From Myxococcota bacterium (lineage in GTDB: Bacteria > Myxococcota_A > Polyangia > Polyangiales > Houyiibacteriaceae), in the NCBI GenBank assembly GCA_039030515.1, contig JBCCEA010000015.1, positions 1 through 64,000 on the forward strand: a stretch of DNA of 64,000 bases. Reading direction: 5' to 3'. Of the stretch, positions 19,306 through 29,039 are shown one piece after another. The first letter of the stretch is position 1; every line of letters begins with the position of its first letter. Position numbers and translations under genes: made by a program. A model generated the notes under the pieces. The model searched no databases. It was given only the letters and a program-made list of their open reading frames with translations, and was not told the DNA's origin.

Positions 19306-20694
19306 TCATCGCGACAACTTCTGCTCTTCAAGCATCTGGAACAGAGACGGTGCAACCTGTGAAACGCTTCCGGCTCCGAGTACGACAACGACATCCTCTG
19401 GCTGAAGGCAAGCGAAGATCTGCTCAGCGAACGACGCACTATCTGAAACATGAGTCACATCTCGATGGCCGTGAGCCCGGATCGCATCGACGAGGCGGTC
19501 TGAAGTTGCTCCATCGATAGGCGATTCTCCCGCCGCATACACATCGCTTACGAGCAATACATCCACTCGATTGAACGCCTGAGTCAGTTCCTGAAAAAGG
19601 TGCTTCGTTCGCGTGTAGCGATGGGGCTGAAACGCTACGACCAGTCGCCTGCCCCAGGCTCGCTGTGCCGCTTCGAGGGTGGCGCGTATCTCAGCCGGGT
19701 GATGACCATAGTCGTCCACAACGGTCACTCCCTGTCTCTCACCCAGGATCGAAAAACGCCTCTGGACTCCAGAGAAATTTCGGAGGGACTCTCGAACGCA
19801 GTCGTGGGGAACCTGAAGTTCGTCGGCAACCGCAATGGTCGCCAGCGCATTGAGCACATTGTGCATGCCGGGCATACGCACCTCGAAGGTTCCGAGCTCT
19901 TCACCTCGACGAACGACGTCAAACACTGCAGAAATCCCCTCAAATCGTGGGTTCCGCACCCGATAGTCTGCCTGTGCCGCCATTCCGTAGGTGGTGGTGC
20001 GCCTGTCGAGTCGCGGCAGCAGCTCCTGAACATGAGGGTGGTCGAGACATGCGACGACCAATCCGTAAAAGGGAACGCGATTGGCAAACTCCACAAATGC
20101 GTCCTTCAAACGCGCAAAAGATCCCCAATGGTCCAAGTGTTCGGGGTCGATATTGGTGACAACCGCGATCGAAGGGGTCAGTTGTAGAAAGGCACCATCC
20201 GACTCGTCCGCCTCAGCGATGAGTAAATCCCCGGCCCCTTTCGTGCCTCCGGAACCAAGCGCATTGAGTCTTCCACCGATGACCACGGTGGGATCGAGGC
20301 CCGCCTCGCAAAGCACCGTCGCTACCAGTGAAGTCGTGGTGGTCTTGCCGTGAGAGCCAGCGATGCCGATGCCGTCCTTGAGCCGCATCAATTCACCGAG
20401 CATCTCTGCTCTGCGGATTACGGGAATGCCTCGCGCCCGGGCAACTCGGAGCTCGGGATTGTCGCTTGGTACCGCCGAACTGAACACGACAACATCCGCA
20501 CCGTCGACATTGCGTTCGGAGTGTCCGAGGAAGAGTCGTGCTCCCCGCTCGACCAGGTGCTTCGTGTATTCATTTTCTCGCAGATCTGAACCTGTCACTT
20601 TGAATTTATGACCAAGCAAGACCTCAGCGATCCCGCTCATACCAACCCCGCCGATCCCAACGAAGTGAATGGTTCGAATGCGTCCTCGAAACAT
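19306..20694 (-). CDS. murC: UDP-N-acetylmuramate--L-alanine ligase
   Basis: IHFVGIGGVGMSG, GSHGKTTTT, EADESD, DDYGHHP and FQPHRYTRT. Confidence 0.99.
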   Translation of the reverse strand: MFRGRIRTIHFVGIGGVGMSGIAEVLLGHKFKVTGSDLRENEYTKHLVERGARLFLGHSERNVDGADVVVFSSAVPSDNPELRVARARGIPVIRRAEMLGELMRLKDGIGIAGSHGKTTTTSLVATVLCEAGLDPTVVIGGRLNALGSGGTKGAGDLLIAEADESDGAFLQLTPSIAVVTNIDPEHLDHWGSFARLKDAFVEFANRVPFYGLVVACLDHPHVQELLPRLDRRTTTYGMAAQADYRVRNPRFEGISAVFDVVRRGEELGTFEVRMPGMHNVLNALATIAVADELQVPHDCVRESLRNFSGVQRRFSILGERQGVTVVDDYGHHPAEIRATLEAAQRAWGRRLVVAFQPHRYTRTKHLFQELTQAFNRVDVLLVSDVYAAGESPIDGATSDRLVDAIRAHGHRDVTHVSDSASFAEQIFACLQPEDVVVVLGAGSVSQVAPSLFQMLEEQKLSR

Positions 20695-20885
20695 CGTTCA
20701 ATTATCCTGTTATCATGCAAGTCCTCGGAACGCCGATTTGTTGCACAAGAGTTCTCCGGGCGAAAGCTTCTCGCCAAAGGTACGGCTGGCGGGACGTGAA
20801 TACGCTCGCGCTTCCCTGAAGCCGGTCAGGTGACAAATGTTCCAGGTTTTCGTCTCCGAAAAGGGCTGACAGAACGCAGACCAGC

Positions 20886-22241
20886 TCAGGACAAAAAAAC
20901 CAAAGGACGCCTCGTCACGAGCGACCGCGGGGCGAAACTGACATCTGGCGACCTTCGCCCGGGCACATAGGGACGCTGCCCTCGCAGAGAGGGTCCGGGA
21001 ACCGCTGAGGTGAAGCAATGCATCACGCGCTCACGACGCGATTCGTTCGCACCATCTTCATCCGAGAGACATTCCGACAAGGCCTCCTGGACCTCGTCTT
21101 GCTCCCCGCCCAAACCGAAAAGCCAAGCATGCAGGTCGTCCACGATGGTGGCAGCCGCATCTGGCCTGCCCAATTCTCGAGCCGACTCCGCCATCCGCTT
21201 TTGAACTGAAGAATCGAAAACGATGGGACGCAGCACTTCTGCAAGTTTTGCAGGCGTCAACTCGCCTTGAGCAAGGCAGCGGCTTGCCCCTGCTCGCTCT
21301 AACGCCAGTGCATTCTTCATCTGATGGTCGTCAGCCGCAAAGGGGAACGGAATCATCACCGACGGTCTTCCCACCGCGCAAAGTTCGGCCACCGTGCTGG
21401 CTCCAGCCCGACAGACGACCACTGAGGACTGAGCATAGGCACCCGCCATATCCTCGATAAAGGGAACCACTTTTGCCCTCAGTCCGAGTGAGCTGTAGGT
21501 GCGAGCCACCTCTTCACACATCGCCGCTCCGGTCTGATGCACGATCGGAATCGACGTGTCGATGGAAGCGCTCTCGCCTTTTGCCCGAAGGCTCTTCAGA
21601 AGCTGAACAATCGCTTGGGGAACGGTTTCGTTGAGTACCTTGGCTCCCTGAGAGCCTCCAACCACCAAGATTCCACGACAGCGAGCCTCGAATCCGTCCG
21701 GATCTGACAAACCCCGACGAGCGACATCTACGAACTTTCGGCGTACCGGATTACCGACCACCCGAACGTTTGAGGGCCGGAAAGCACTCTTGGTCTCAGA
21801 AAACGTCACGTACGCGCGACCGACAAATGGACCAAGCAGTTTGTTCGTGAACCCTGTCTGGGCGTTTTGTTCGAGCACCGCCGTCGGAACACCCAATGCT
21901 GCGGCCGCGGCAAGCACCGGACCTGAGGCATAGCCTCCAACACCGACCACAACGTCCGGAGAAAAGCGCCTAAGTATCGAGCCCGAACGGACTGCAGCGG
22001 TGGGCAATACCGACAGGCTGGAGAGCAGTTGCGTTGGAGTGCGCCCTTTGAGCGGTGCCACGTCGATAAACTCGATCGGATAGCCGAGCCCGGGAACCAC
22101 GGTGGATTCTATTCCTCTACGGGTCCCAACAAATAGCACTCTGAGCGCAGGATTACGACGACGAATCTCCTCGATCACCGCGATTCCCGGAAAAAGATGA
22201 CCACCAGTGCCGCCTCCAGCAACTAGAATGTTCTGAATCAC
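20886..22241 (-). CDS. murG: Undecaprenyldiphospho-muramoylpentapeptide GlcNAc transferase with a C-terminal extension
   Basis: GGGTGGHLFPG, GGYASGP, EQN, GNPVR, GGSQGA, RAGAST and HQMKNA. Confidence 0.98.
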   Translation of the reverse strand: MIQNILVAGGGTGGHLFPGIAVIEEIRRRNPALRVLFVGTRRGIESTVVPGLGYPIEFIDVAPLKGRTPTQLLSSLSVLPTAAVRSGSILRRFSPDVVVGVGGYASGPVLAAAAALGVPTAVLEQNAQTGFTNKLLGPFVGRAYVTFSETKSAFRPSNVRVVGNPVRRKFVDVARRGLSDPDGFEARCRGILVVGGSQGAKVLNETVPQAIVQLLKSLRAKGESASIDTSIPIVHQTGAAMCEEVARTYSSLGLRAKVVPFIEDMAGAYAQSSVVVCRAGASTVAELCAVGRPSVMIPFPFAADDHQMKNALALERAGASRCLAQGELTPAKLAEVLRPIVFDSSVQKRMAESARELGRPDAAATIVDDLHAWLFGLGGEQDEVQEALSECLSDEDGANESRRERVMHCFTSAVPGPSLRGQRPYVPGRRSPDVSFAPRSLVTRRPLVFLS

Positions 22242-23506
22242 GCCAATCCTCCCGCAAGTTTTGCCGTCTCTTCCGTCGTGAGATCCACTTTGTGCTTTGA
22301 GCGAGAATCACCGAGTGGTTTCCTTAGGCGTGACACATTTAAGAGAATACCTATCGCAGCGCAGTTCACCAAAAGGGAAGAGCCACCGTAACTGATAAAT
22401 GGTAATACAAGCCCTTTAGTCGGCAGCATTCCCATCGCTACAGCGAGGTTCGTAAACGCTTGAAGACCGATAAATACGGTAATCCCAGTCGCCAGGTAGC
22501 ATCCATATTCGTCAGCCGCACTCAACGCAGTCCGAAGTCCACGGATTACAACCAGCGAAAAAGCCATAATCAATGTAAGTATTCCGGCGAAACCAAGCTC
22601 TTCCCCTACGATGGCGCTAATGAAGTCAGTGTGAGCTTCCGGTAGAAAGAAAAGTTTCTGTCGGCTGTCTCCAATACCCACTCCCAGGGCTCCACCGGAG
22701 CCAAAGCTCATGAGCGATTCTGCAATCTGGTAGCCCACGTCATAGCGATGCTCAAACGGCTCAAGAAACGCCTGAATACGGCGCATTCGGTAGGGAGAAC
22801 TTCTGACAAGGAGCCAAGCGATCGGCGCCGCGATCAGAATAGCTGACAAGATGTATCCAAGACGAGCTCCTGCCGCAAAAAGTAAAACGAAGGTAAGCAA
22901 CCCGATCATCACGGCACTGCCGAAGTCAGGCTGCTTGAGACAAAGAAGCATCAGCAACCCCGACATCAAAAGATGAGGCAGGAAACCCACGGTAAAGGAA
23001 CGCATTTTTTCTTTCTTTTTGCCTAGAGAATACGCAAGCCAAAGTATCAGTGCGAGCTTTGCGATCTCCGCTGGTTGAATGTTGATCGGGCCGAGTTGAA
23101 TCCAGCGGGTTGCGCCTCCGGCTGAGCGCCCAAGCCCCAACGCGACCACTGCCAGAAGAGCAGTCGATCCTGCGAGCACGGGATAGGTAAGCGCACGGTA
23201 ATAGCGATAGTCAATTCGAGCTACGGCCACGATCACAACGAGTCCGAGAGCGGCATAAACCGACTGCCGAACCAGATAATATTGTCCGTTATCAAACTGA
23301 CGATTCGCCCATACCGCACTGGCGCTGTACACCATCACCACGCCGAATGCGATTAAACCCACCACTACTGCTGCGAGCACTGAATCTGCGGCACCAAACG
23401 CTTTGGGCGCAAGGGTCTCTTCAGTCGCAAACACTCTGGTCTGCAAGGACTCTTCAGCTTTAGATGCTCTGAGGTTACGAACACTACCCCGATCTGTTGC
23501 GTTCAT
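22238..23506 (-). CDS. ftsW: SEDS peptidoglycan glycosyltransferase FtsW
   Basis: GVVMVYSAS, GATRWI, QPAEIAK, QPDFG, LPEAHTDFI and LPFISYGGSS. Confidence 0.98.
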   Translation of the reverse strand: MNATDRGSVRNLRASKAEESLQTRVFATEETLAPKAFGAADSVLAAVVVGLIAFGVVMVYSASAVWANRQFDNGQYYLVRQSVYAALGLVVIVAVARIDYRYYRALTYPVLAGSTALLAVVALGLGRSAGGATRWIQLGPINIQPAEIAKLALILWLAYSLGKKKEKMRSFTVGFLPHLLMSGLLMLLCLKQPDFGSAVMIGLLTFVLLFAAGARLGYILSAILIAAPIAWLLVRSSPYRMRRIQAFLEPFEHRYDVGYQIAESLMSFGSGGALGVGIGDSRQKLFFLPEAHTDFISAIVGEELGFAGILTLIMAFSLVVIRGLRTALSAADEYGCYLATGITVFIGLQAFTNLAVAMGMLPTKGLVLPFISYGGSSLLVNCAAIGILLNVSRLRKPLGDSRSKHKVDLTTEETAKLAGGLA

Positions 23507-24942
23507 CCGCCACCCCCTTCAGTCTCATCTGAAAAGCGGCCCTGAGATTTCGTCCTCGCAAGCTGCTCTACTGCGGTCCGAAAGCATTGACCTCGGTCGA
23601 CGTAGTTGTGAAACATATCGAAACTCGAACAGGCTGGCGCCAGGAGGACCGCTGAACCCACAGGGGCCAATTCTGCAGCACGATACACAGCGGCACCGAG
23701 ACTACCGACCCGATCAAAAGAGATGTCGGCGGTGAGAAGCGCCTGAGCGATTCTACCGGCTGCCGAGCCCAGCAGGATCGCGTGATCGAATCCTTTTCTC
23801 AATCTCTGTGCAAGAGGATGATAGCTTCCGCCCTTATCGACACCGCCCAAAATCAGCATCAAATGAGCGTGGTCTTTTTGGGCACTGACTGCAGCAGCAA
23901 CGGCGGCACCTACATTTGTCGCCTTGCTGTCGTCATAAAACGAAACGTCATCCACCACAGACACCAATTGCATACGGTGTGGTAAGCCCGAGTAACTTCT
24001 GAGTACATCTTCGACTACATCGCTTGTGACTCCAGCAAGACGACCGAGAAGAGCCGCTGCGCAGGCGTTAAGTGCGTTATGTTCGCCATGAAGCGAGAGC
24101 TCCGAAACAGGCACACAAAGTCCGCTTACCTCATCGACAACGTTATCGTCTTCTAGGCGAACCTCGCCGCCATACCCAAACTGATGAAGCGTGCCGAGCC
24201 CAACCCGAGCGAGCGCAAAAAGTCTCTCATCACCTGCCAAGATGACGGAGTGGTCCTCACGTTTTTGATTATGGAATATTCTACCTTTAGTCGCTGTGTA
24301 GTGGGCATACGACTCATAGCGATCTAGGTGATCCTCGCTTACGTTCAGAAGCGCTGCAATGTGAGGGCGAAAGGCATCCACACGTTCCAACTGAAAACTC
24401 GAAACTTCAGCCACGACTCGCCCTGTCGACTCGGCTGCCTCGGAGCCCGCTACTTCCACTAGAGGCGTTCCCAGATTGCCTCCTACAAAAGTTGCAAAGC
24501 CACCCTGAGCGCACATGCAGCCTACGAGTGTGGTTACAGTGCTTTTGCCGTTGGTGCCCGTAATCGCGATGATGGGGCTTTTGACGAAGCGGGAAGCAAG
24601 TTCGACTTCGCTCCAGATGGGGATGCGACGTTGCTCTGCATCAGCCAATGCGGGGAGAAAAGGGACGCCTGGGGAGACGACTATGGCGTCCGCATCGAGA
24701 AACCATTCTGCGCGATGGCCACCGAGTTTCAGCTTGGCCCCCATCTCACGAACTTGCACTGCACGTTCACCCAAGTCGTCAAGGGCGCGAGAATCGTTAA
24801 CTGTAACCTTCGCTCCATATTCGAGAAGCGTGCGCGTTGCGGCTACTCCACTTTCTCCAAGACCCACGACGACAAACTCTCTCCCGGAGAACTCACTAGG
24901 GCGACTACCAACGGAGCCCGCTGTTTTGTCGACGTCAGTCAT
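23503..24942 (-). CDS. murD: UDP-N-acetylmuramoyl-L-alanine--D-glutamate ligase
   Basis: GLGESG, VVSPGV, ITGTNGKST, EVSSFQL, DDSKATN and LLAPACSSFD. Start at ATG 24942 overlaps the mraY stop (ATGA). Confidence 0.98.
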   Translation of the reverse strand: MTDVDKTAGSVGSRPSEFSGREFVVVGLGESGVAATRTLLEYGAKVTVNDSRALDDLGERAVQVREMGAKLKLGGHRAEWFLDADAIVVSPGVPFLPALADAEQRRIPIWSEVELASRFVKSPIIAITGTNGKSTVTTLVGCMCAQGGFATFVGGNLGTPLVEVAGSEAAESTGRVVAEVSSFQLERVDAFRPHIAALLNVSEDHLDRYESYAHYTATKGRIFHNQKREDHSVILAGDERLFALARVGLGTLHQFGYGGEVRLEDDNVVDEVSGLCVPVSELSLHGEHNALNACAAALLGRLAGVTSDVVEDVLRSYSGLPHRMQLVSVVDDVSFYDDSKATNVGAAVAAAVSAQKDHAHLMLILGGVDKGGSYHPLAQRLRKGFDHAILLGSAAGRIAQALLTADISFDRVGSLGAAVYRAAELAPVGSAVLLAPACSSFDMFHNYVDRGQCFRTAVEQLARTKSQGRFSDETEGGGG

Positions 24943-26069
24943 CGCAACTTTAGAGTGATAAGACTTGCGGTCGCCAGCATGATCGAGATGATCCAAAAGC
25001 GAACGATGACACGTGGCTCAGGCCAGCCCTTTTTTTCGAAATGGTGATGGATGGGAGCCATCAGAAAAACGCGATTTCCCGTCAGCTTGAAGTAGGCCAC
25101 CTGAATGATCACGCTTACCGCTTCAAGCACGAAAATGCCGCCAAGCACTAGGGAGAGCAGTTCATTTTTCGTGACTACCGCAAGAACTCCTAGCCCTCCC
25201 CCGAGGGCGAGCGAGCCGACGTCTCCCATGAATACCTGAGCCGGATACGTATTGTACCAAAGAAAACCAAAGCCCACTCCAACCATCGAAAGACAGAAAA
25301 CCGAGAGTTCCGAAGCGCTTTGAATTGACGCGATGTAGAGATAATCGCGGGCGATATTGATACCGAAAAAAGTCGCTCCAGCAAGGTAGGCAAGAATCGC
25401 GTAGGTTCCTGCATTGACCATCACCGGACCTATGGCGAGTCCATCGAGCCCATCGGTAAGATTCACGGCGTTACTCGTCCCAACGACTACAAAGGAAGCA
25501 AAGATCACGTAAAGCCAACGCGGCATCTCGATCGGATATCGCTCAAAAGCGATAAATGGAACTTGGAGCCGTGCACGGATAGCCAACCAGTCTGAGGGCA
25601 AACCGGAATCACCGTAAAAAAGCCATCCACACACGAGTAGTGCCGCCGCGAATTGAAGCAGGAGCTTATAGCGTCCAGAAAGCCCTCCGGTGGTCTTTCG
25701 CCGAATCTTGGCAGCATCATCGATCCAACCGACAGCCCCATAAATCGAGGTGATCGACAGCACCAACCAAACCATCGGATTCTCAGGGTCTGCCCAGAGC
25801 AGAGTAGAAAGCACAAGCGCAAGCAGCATCAGTGCCCCTCCCATCGTGGGAGTCCCCTGTTTCTTGAGATGAGTTTCTGGCCCGTCAAGTCGGACAACTT
25901 GACCGATTTGCTTACGCTGAAGCCGACGAATGAACCAAGGGTATAAGCCAAAAGTGAGCATCAGCGCAGTCATCGCCGCCATCAGCGCCCGAAAAGGCAC
26001 GTATCGCAGTACGTTCAGAAACGAAAGCGATGCATATTCACTCAGAGGGTATAGAAGAACATAAATCAT
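24939..26069 (-). CDS. mraY: Phospho-N-acetylmuramoyl-pentapeptide transferase
   Basis: KQGTPTMGG, NAVNLTDGLDGLA, FMGDVGS and MAPIHHHFE. Confidence 0.99.
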   Translation of the reverse strand: MIYVLLYPLSEYASLSFLNVLRYVPFRALMAAMTALMLTFGLYPWFIRRLQRKQIGQVVRLDGPETHLKKQGTPTMGGALMLLALVLSTLLWADPENPMVWLVLSITSIYGAVGWIDDAAKIRRKTTGGLSGRYKLLLQFAAALLVCGWLFYGDSGLPSDWLAIRARLQVPFIAFERYPIEMPRWLYVIFASFVVVGTSNAVNLTDGLDGLAIGPVMVNAGTYAILAYLAGATFFGINIARDYLYIASIQSASELSVFCLSMVGVGFGFLWYNTYPAQVFMGDVGSLALGGGLGVLAVVTKNELLSLVLGGIFVLEAVSVIIQVAYFKLTGNRVFLMAPIHHHFEKKGWPEPRVIVRFWIISIMLATASLITLKLR

Positions 26070-27478
26070 AACTTCGGTTCCCGTAGCGCAGATACGACTT
26101 GCTCCATGGCCATCGAACGAGAGCCCTTTACCAGGACGATATCTCCCTCATCGCACAACCGTCCGGCCAGCTCGGCGGCAGCATCGGCATCCGGAACGCA
26201 CACAACGGACACACCATGAGCTTCAGCAAGGTGCGCCGCCTGACGCATCAATTTGCCCGTCGCTAGAAATAACCCGATTCCCAAAGCGGCGACACGCTCC
26301 CCCACCTTGCGATGCGCCTCGTCTTCAAGCGCTCCCAGATCGAGCATATCTCCAAGGATCGCGACAGACCTAGACTTCCTCAGACGAGCAAGCTCCGCCA
26401 AGGCTTCAAGAGCCACTTCGGTTGACCTGGGGCTGGCGTTGTAGCTGTCGTCGATAACGACATAGGTACGCTCTTCATGAATGCTGAAGCGACCAGGCAC
26501 CGCCTCGTGATCTGAAAGCGCTGCCAAAACGGCTGCAGGGGGGTATCCCAACTTTTGAAGGGTCGCAACCACCGCGGCCAAGTTATGCGCAGCACCTCGA
26601 CCGAGAAGTCGAAGCTGAGCTTGGTGTCTTTCAGTCCCCACTCTAAGCTCTACTTGCATACGAAACGCAGCAGTCATTTGGCAACTCAGAACTTGAACCT
26701 GGCACCAAGGATCGGTGCCAAAGAGCACCTTTTCGCAAGCAGCGCTCCTGTCCATGTAGGGCTGGATCACCGGAAGTGAGTGCGCGACGGCAACTCCATC
26801 ATTCGCAAGAGATAGAAGGAGCGCACCCTTTTCCTCGGCAACAGCCTCTAGCGAAGGCAGCCCCCGAGTGTGTGCGTGCGCCACGGTGGTCAGAACTCCA
26901 ACTTGCGGTTGAGCAATGCGAGCGAGTTCACCTATTTCTCCCGGCTGACTTGTGCCCATCTCGATCACCGCTTCCCGAACGCTGTCGTCAAGCGAGAGCA
27001 AGACCATCGGCAAACCCACACGATTGTTCAGGTTTCCGGGAGTGCAGTGCACCGACTCCGATAAAGATTGAAGGGCTCGATGGAGGAGTTCCTTGGTCGA
27101 GGTTTTACCGACCGATCCAGTCAACCCAAAGAAACGACTCTTAAGACGTCGACGATGCATCGCAGCGAGGTCGCCCAGCGCCTTGAGTGTATCGTCTACG
27201 TAAACAAAGTTGGCTCCTCTCGCGACGTCGAAAGATGCACCTTTTTCGACAATGCAAAGTCCTGCGCCTTTGGATATCGCATCCTCGATGAAACGGTGTC
27301 CGTCAAGATTATTACCGCGAAGTGCAATAAACACTCCCCCCTCGCACACCAGGCGAGAATCGATCGCGACTCCGCACAGAGTTTCGGGAGGCGCGTCCGT
27401 TACGGCTTCTCCTGACGTTGCACGAACTACATCATCCAAAGAGAACGAAGCCGCATTTTCAGGTATGGGCGTGGCCAT
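26066..27478 (-). CDS. murF: UDP-MurNAc-tripeptide--D-Ala-D-Ala ligase
   Basis: IDSR, TGSVGKTSTKE, NLNNRVGLP, DDSYNASP, GDMLDLG and LVKGSR. Confidence 0.98.
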   Translation of the reverse strand: MATPIPENAASFSLDDVVRATSGEAVTDAPPETLCGVAIDSRLVCEGGVFIALRGNNLDGHRFIEDAISKGAGLCIVEKGASFDVARGANFVYVDDTLKALGDLAAMHRRRLKSRFFGLTGSVGKTSTKELLHRALQSLSESVHCTPGNLNNRVGLPMVLLSLDDSVREAVIEMGTSQPGEIGELARIAQPQVGVLTTVAHAHTRGLPSLEAVAEEKGALLLSLANDGVAVAHSLPVIQPYMDRSAACEKVLFGTDPWCQVQVLSCQMTAAFRMQVELRVGTERHQAQLRLLGRGAAHNLAAVVATLQKLGYPPAAVLAALSDHEAVPGRFSIHEERTYVVIDDSYNASPRSTEVALEALAELARLRKSRSVAILGDMLDLGALEDEAHRKVGERVAALGIGLFLATGKLMRQAAHLAEAHGVSVVCVPDADAAAELAGRLCDEGDIVLVKGSRSMAMEQVVSALREPKL

Positions 27479-27479
27479 G

Positions 27480-29039
27480 CTACCGCCCCCCTTGCCGAGA
27501 GGAAGCTGCAGTCAACGCCTGAATCGCGAGCGCAGCTTCATTTTGATCGTCAAATGGAACTCTCTCTTTGCCGAGCACCTGATAGGCTTCATGCCCCTTG
27601 CCGGCGATGAGAACCGTGTCCCCAGAGGTCGCAGCTTCGAGGGCTCGGTGAATGGCTGTGCGACGTTCTGATTCGCGAAAAAACACGCCCGAACGAGTAG
27701 GCTCACGTGCCTCCTCCCGGCCGAGTCGAGCGTCTCCTCGAGAGAGACCACCCGACCGCAACCCTTCCTCTACATCGTCGAGGATCCGTTCAGGGTCTTC
27801 TGTGCGGGGATTGTCGCTGGTCAGGTAGCAAAGGTCGGCTCCCAATGCTGCAACGCGTCCCATAGGAGCGCGCTTGGTCATGTCTCGATCACCTCCGCAA
27901 CCAAAAACCACGATGAGCCGTCCAGGAGTAATCGAACGTAGGGCCTTAAGAACACGCTTCAGTGCGTCCGGGGTGTGGGCGTAGTCTACGTACACCGAAA
28001 CATCCTCTGGATGTGGAACGAGCTCAAGCCGCCCGGGAGCTCCCGCGGCATCTCCGAGAGCCTGCACAATATCTTTGGGATTCTGAGCAAGGCCGATAGC
28101 CATTCCAAAAGCGAGCAGCAGATTCTCGAGATTGTGTTCGCCGACCAACGGACTTCGGAACCCGAGCGGAGCAGCGAGCAACGGACCAACAAACTCGCCA
28201 GAGAGCCCAGACCGGTGCATCTTTACGTTGCGCAAGGTGAGATCTACCTGCGCACAGTGCAGGCTACTGACAGCGCAGCGAATACAGCGCCGAGGAAACT
28301 CCGCAGCCAACGCCGCCCCGAAAGAATCGGACACGTTACACACCGCAACTGGCGCCTCAAAGTCTCGAAACAACCTCGCCTTCGCGGCACCGTACGCTTC
28401 GAGTGTCCCGTGGAAATCAAGATGATCTTGCGTGAGGTTTGTAAATGCCACCACGTCAAAGTCGACTCCGTCGACCCGATGCTGCGCCAAGCCGTGGCTG
28501 GACACCTCCATCACCAGATGGCTGGTTTGCGCCTCGACAAGTTCTCTGCAAAATCGCATCAAGTCGTCCGCCTCGGGAGTGGTGTGAGAGGCCTCGTACA
28601 CTCCTTTTGGCCCTCGTAGTTCAACGGTTCCCACAACACCCACGCGACGCCCCAGCCGACAAAGCACTTGTTCGAGCAGATACGACACGGTCGTTTTGCC
28701 GTTGGTTCCCGTTACACCGGCAACGTGCATCGCCTGGGTAGGCGCACCGTAGACCCGCGAGGCGATCGGTCCTATCGCACGACGCGCATTGTGTACTCTG
28801 AGATGTGCCACATCGAACTGCAGCGCAGCCTCCGAGGCGATAGCGACGGCTCCTCGGGCGAGCGCATCTTGAATGAAAGAAGAACCATCGTGGACTGCGC
28901 CTGGAATGGCGACAAAGAGATCACCCGGCACAACCAGACGGGAATCGTGCTGCACTCCATGAATCGCCGTTTTGGCGTCACCGAATATTTGCGCGTCAAC
29001 TCCGCAGTCAACCAACTGAGAGAGCGTCACAACGTTCAC
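27480..29039 (-). CDS. murE: UDP-MurNAc-L-Ala-D-Glu--meso-DAP ligase
   Basis: GVTGTNGKTT, MEVSSH, DYAHTPD, FGCGGDRD, DNPR (DAP specificity motif) and AGKGHE. Confidence 0.98.
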   Translation of the reverse strand: MNVVTLSQLVDCGVDAQIFGDAKTAIHGVQHDSRLVVPGDLFVAIPGAVHDGSSFIQDALARGAVAIASEAALQFDVAHLRVHNARRAIGPIASRVYGAPTQAMHVAGVTGTNGKTTVSYLLEQVLCRLGRRVGVVGTVELRGPKGVYEASHTTPEADDLMRFCRELVEAQTSHLVMEVSSHGLAQHRVDGVDFDVVAFTNLTQDHLDFHGTLEAYGAAKARLFRDFEAPVAVCNVSDSFGAALAAEFPRRCIRCAVSSLHCAQVDLTLRNVKMHRSGLSGEFVGPLLAAPLGFRSPLVGEHNLENLLLAFGMAIGLAQNPKDIVQALGDAAGAPGRLELVPHPEDVSVYVDYAHTPDALKRVLKALRSITPGRLIVVFGCGGDRDMTKRAPMGRVAALGADLCYLTSDNPRTEDPERILDDVEEGLRSGGLSRGDARLGREEAREPTRSGVFFRESERRTAIHRALEAATSGDTVLIAGKGHEAYQVLGKERVPFDDQNEAALAIQALTAASSRQGGR

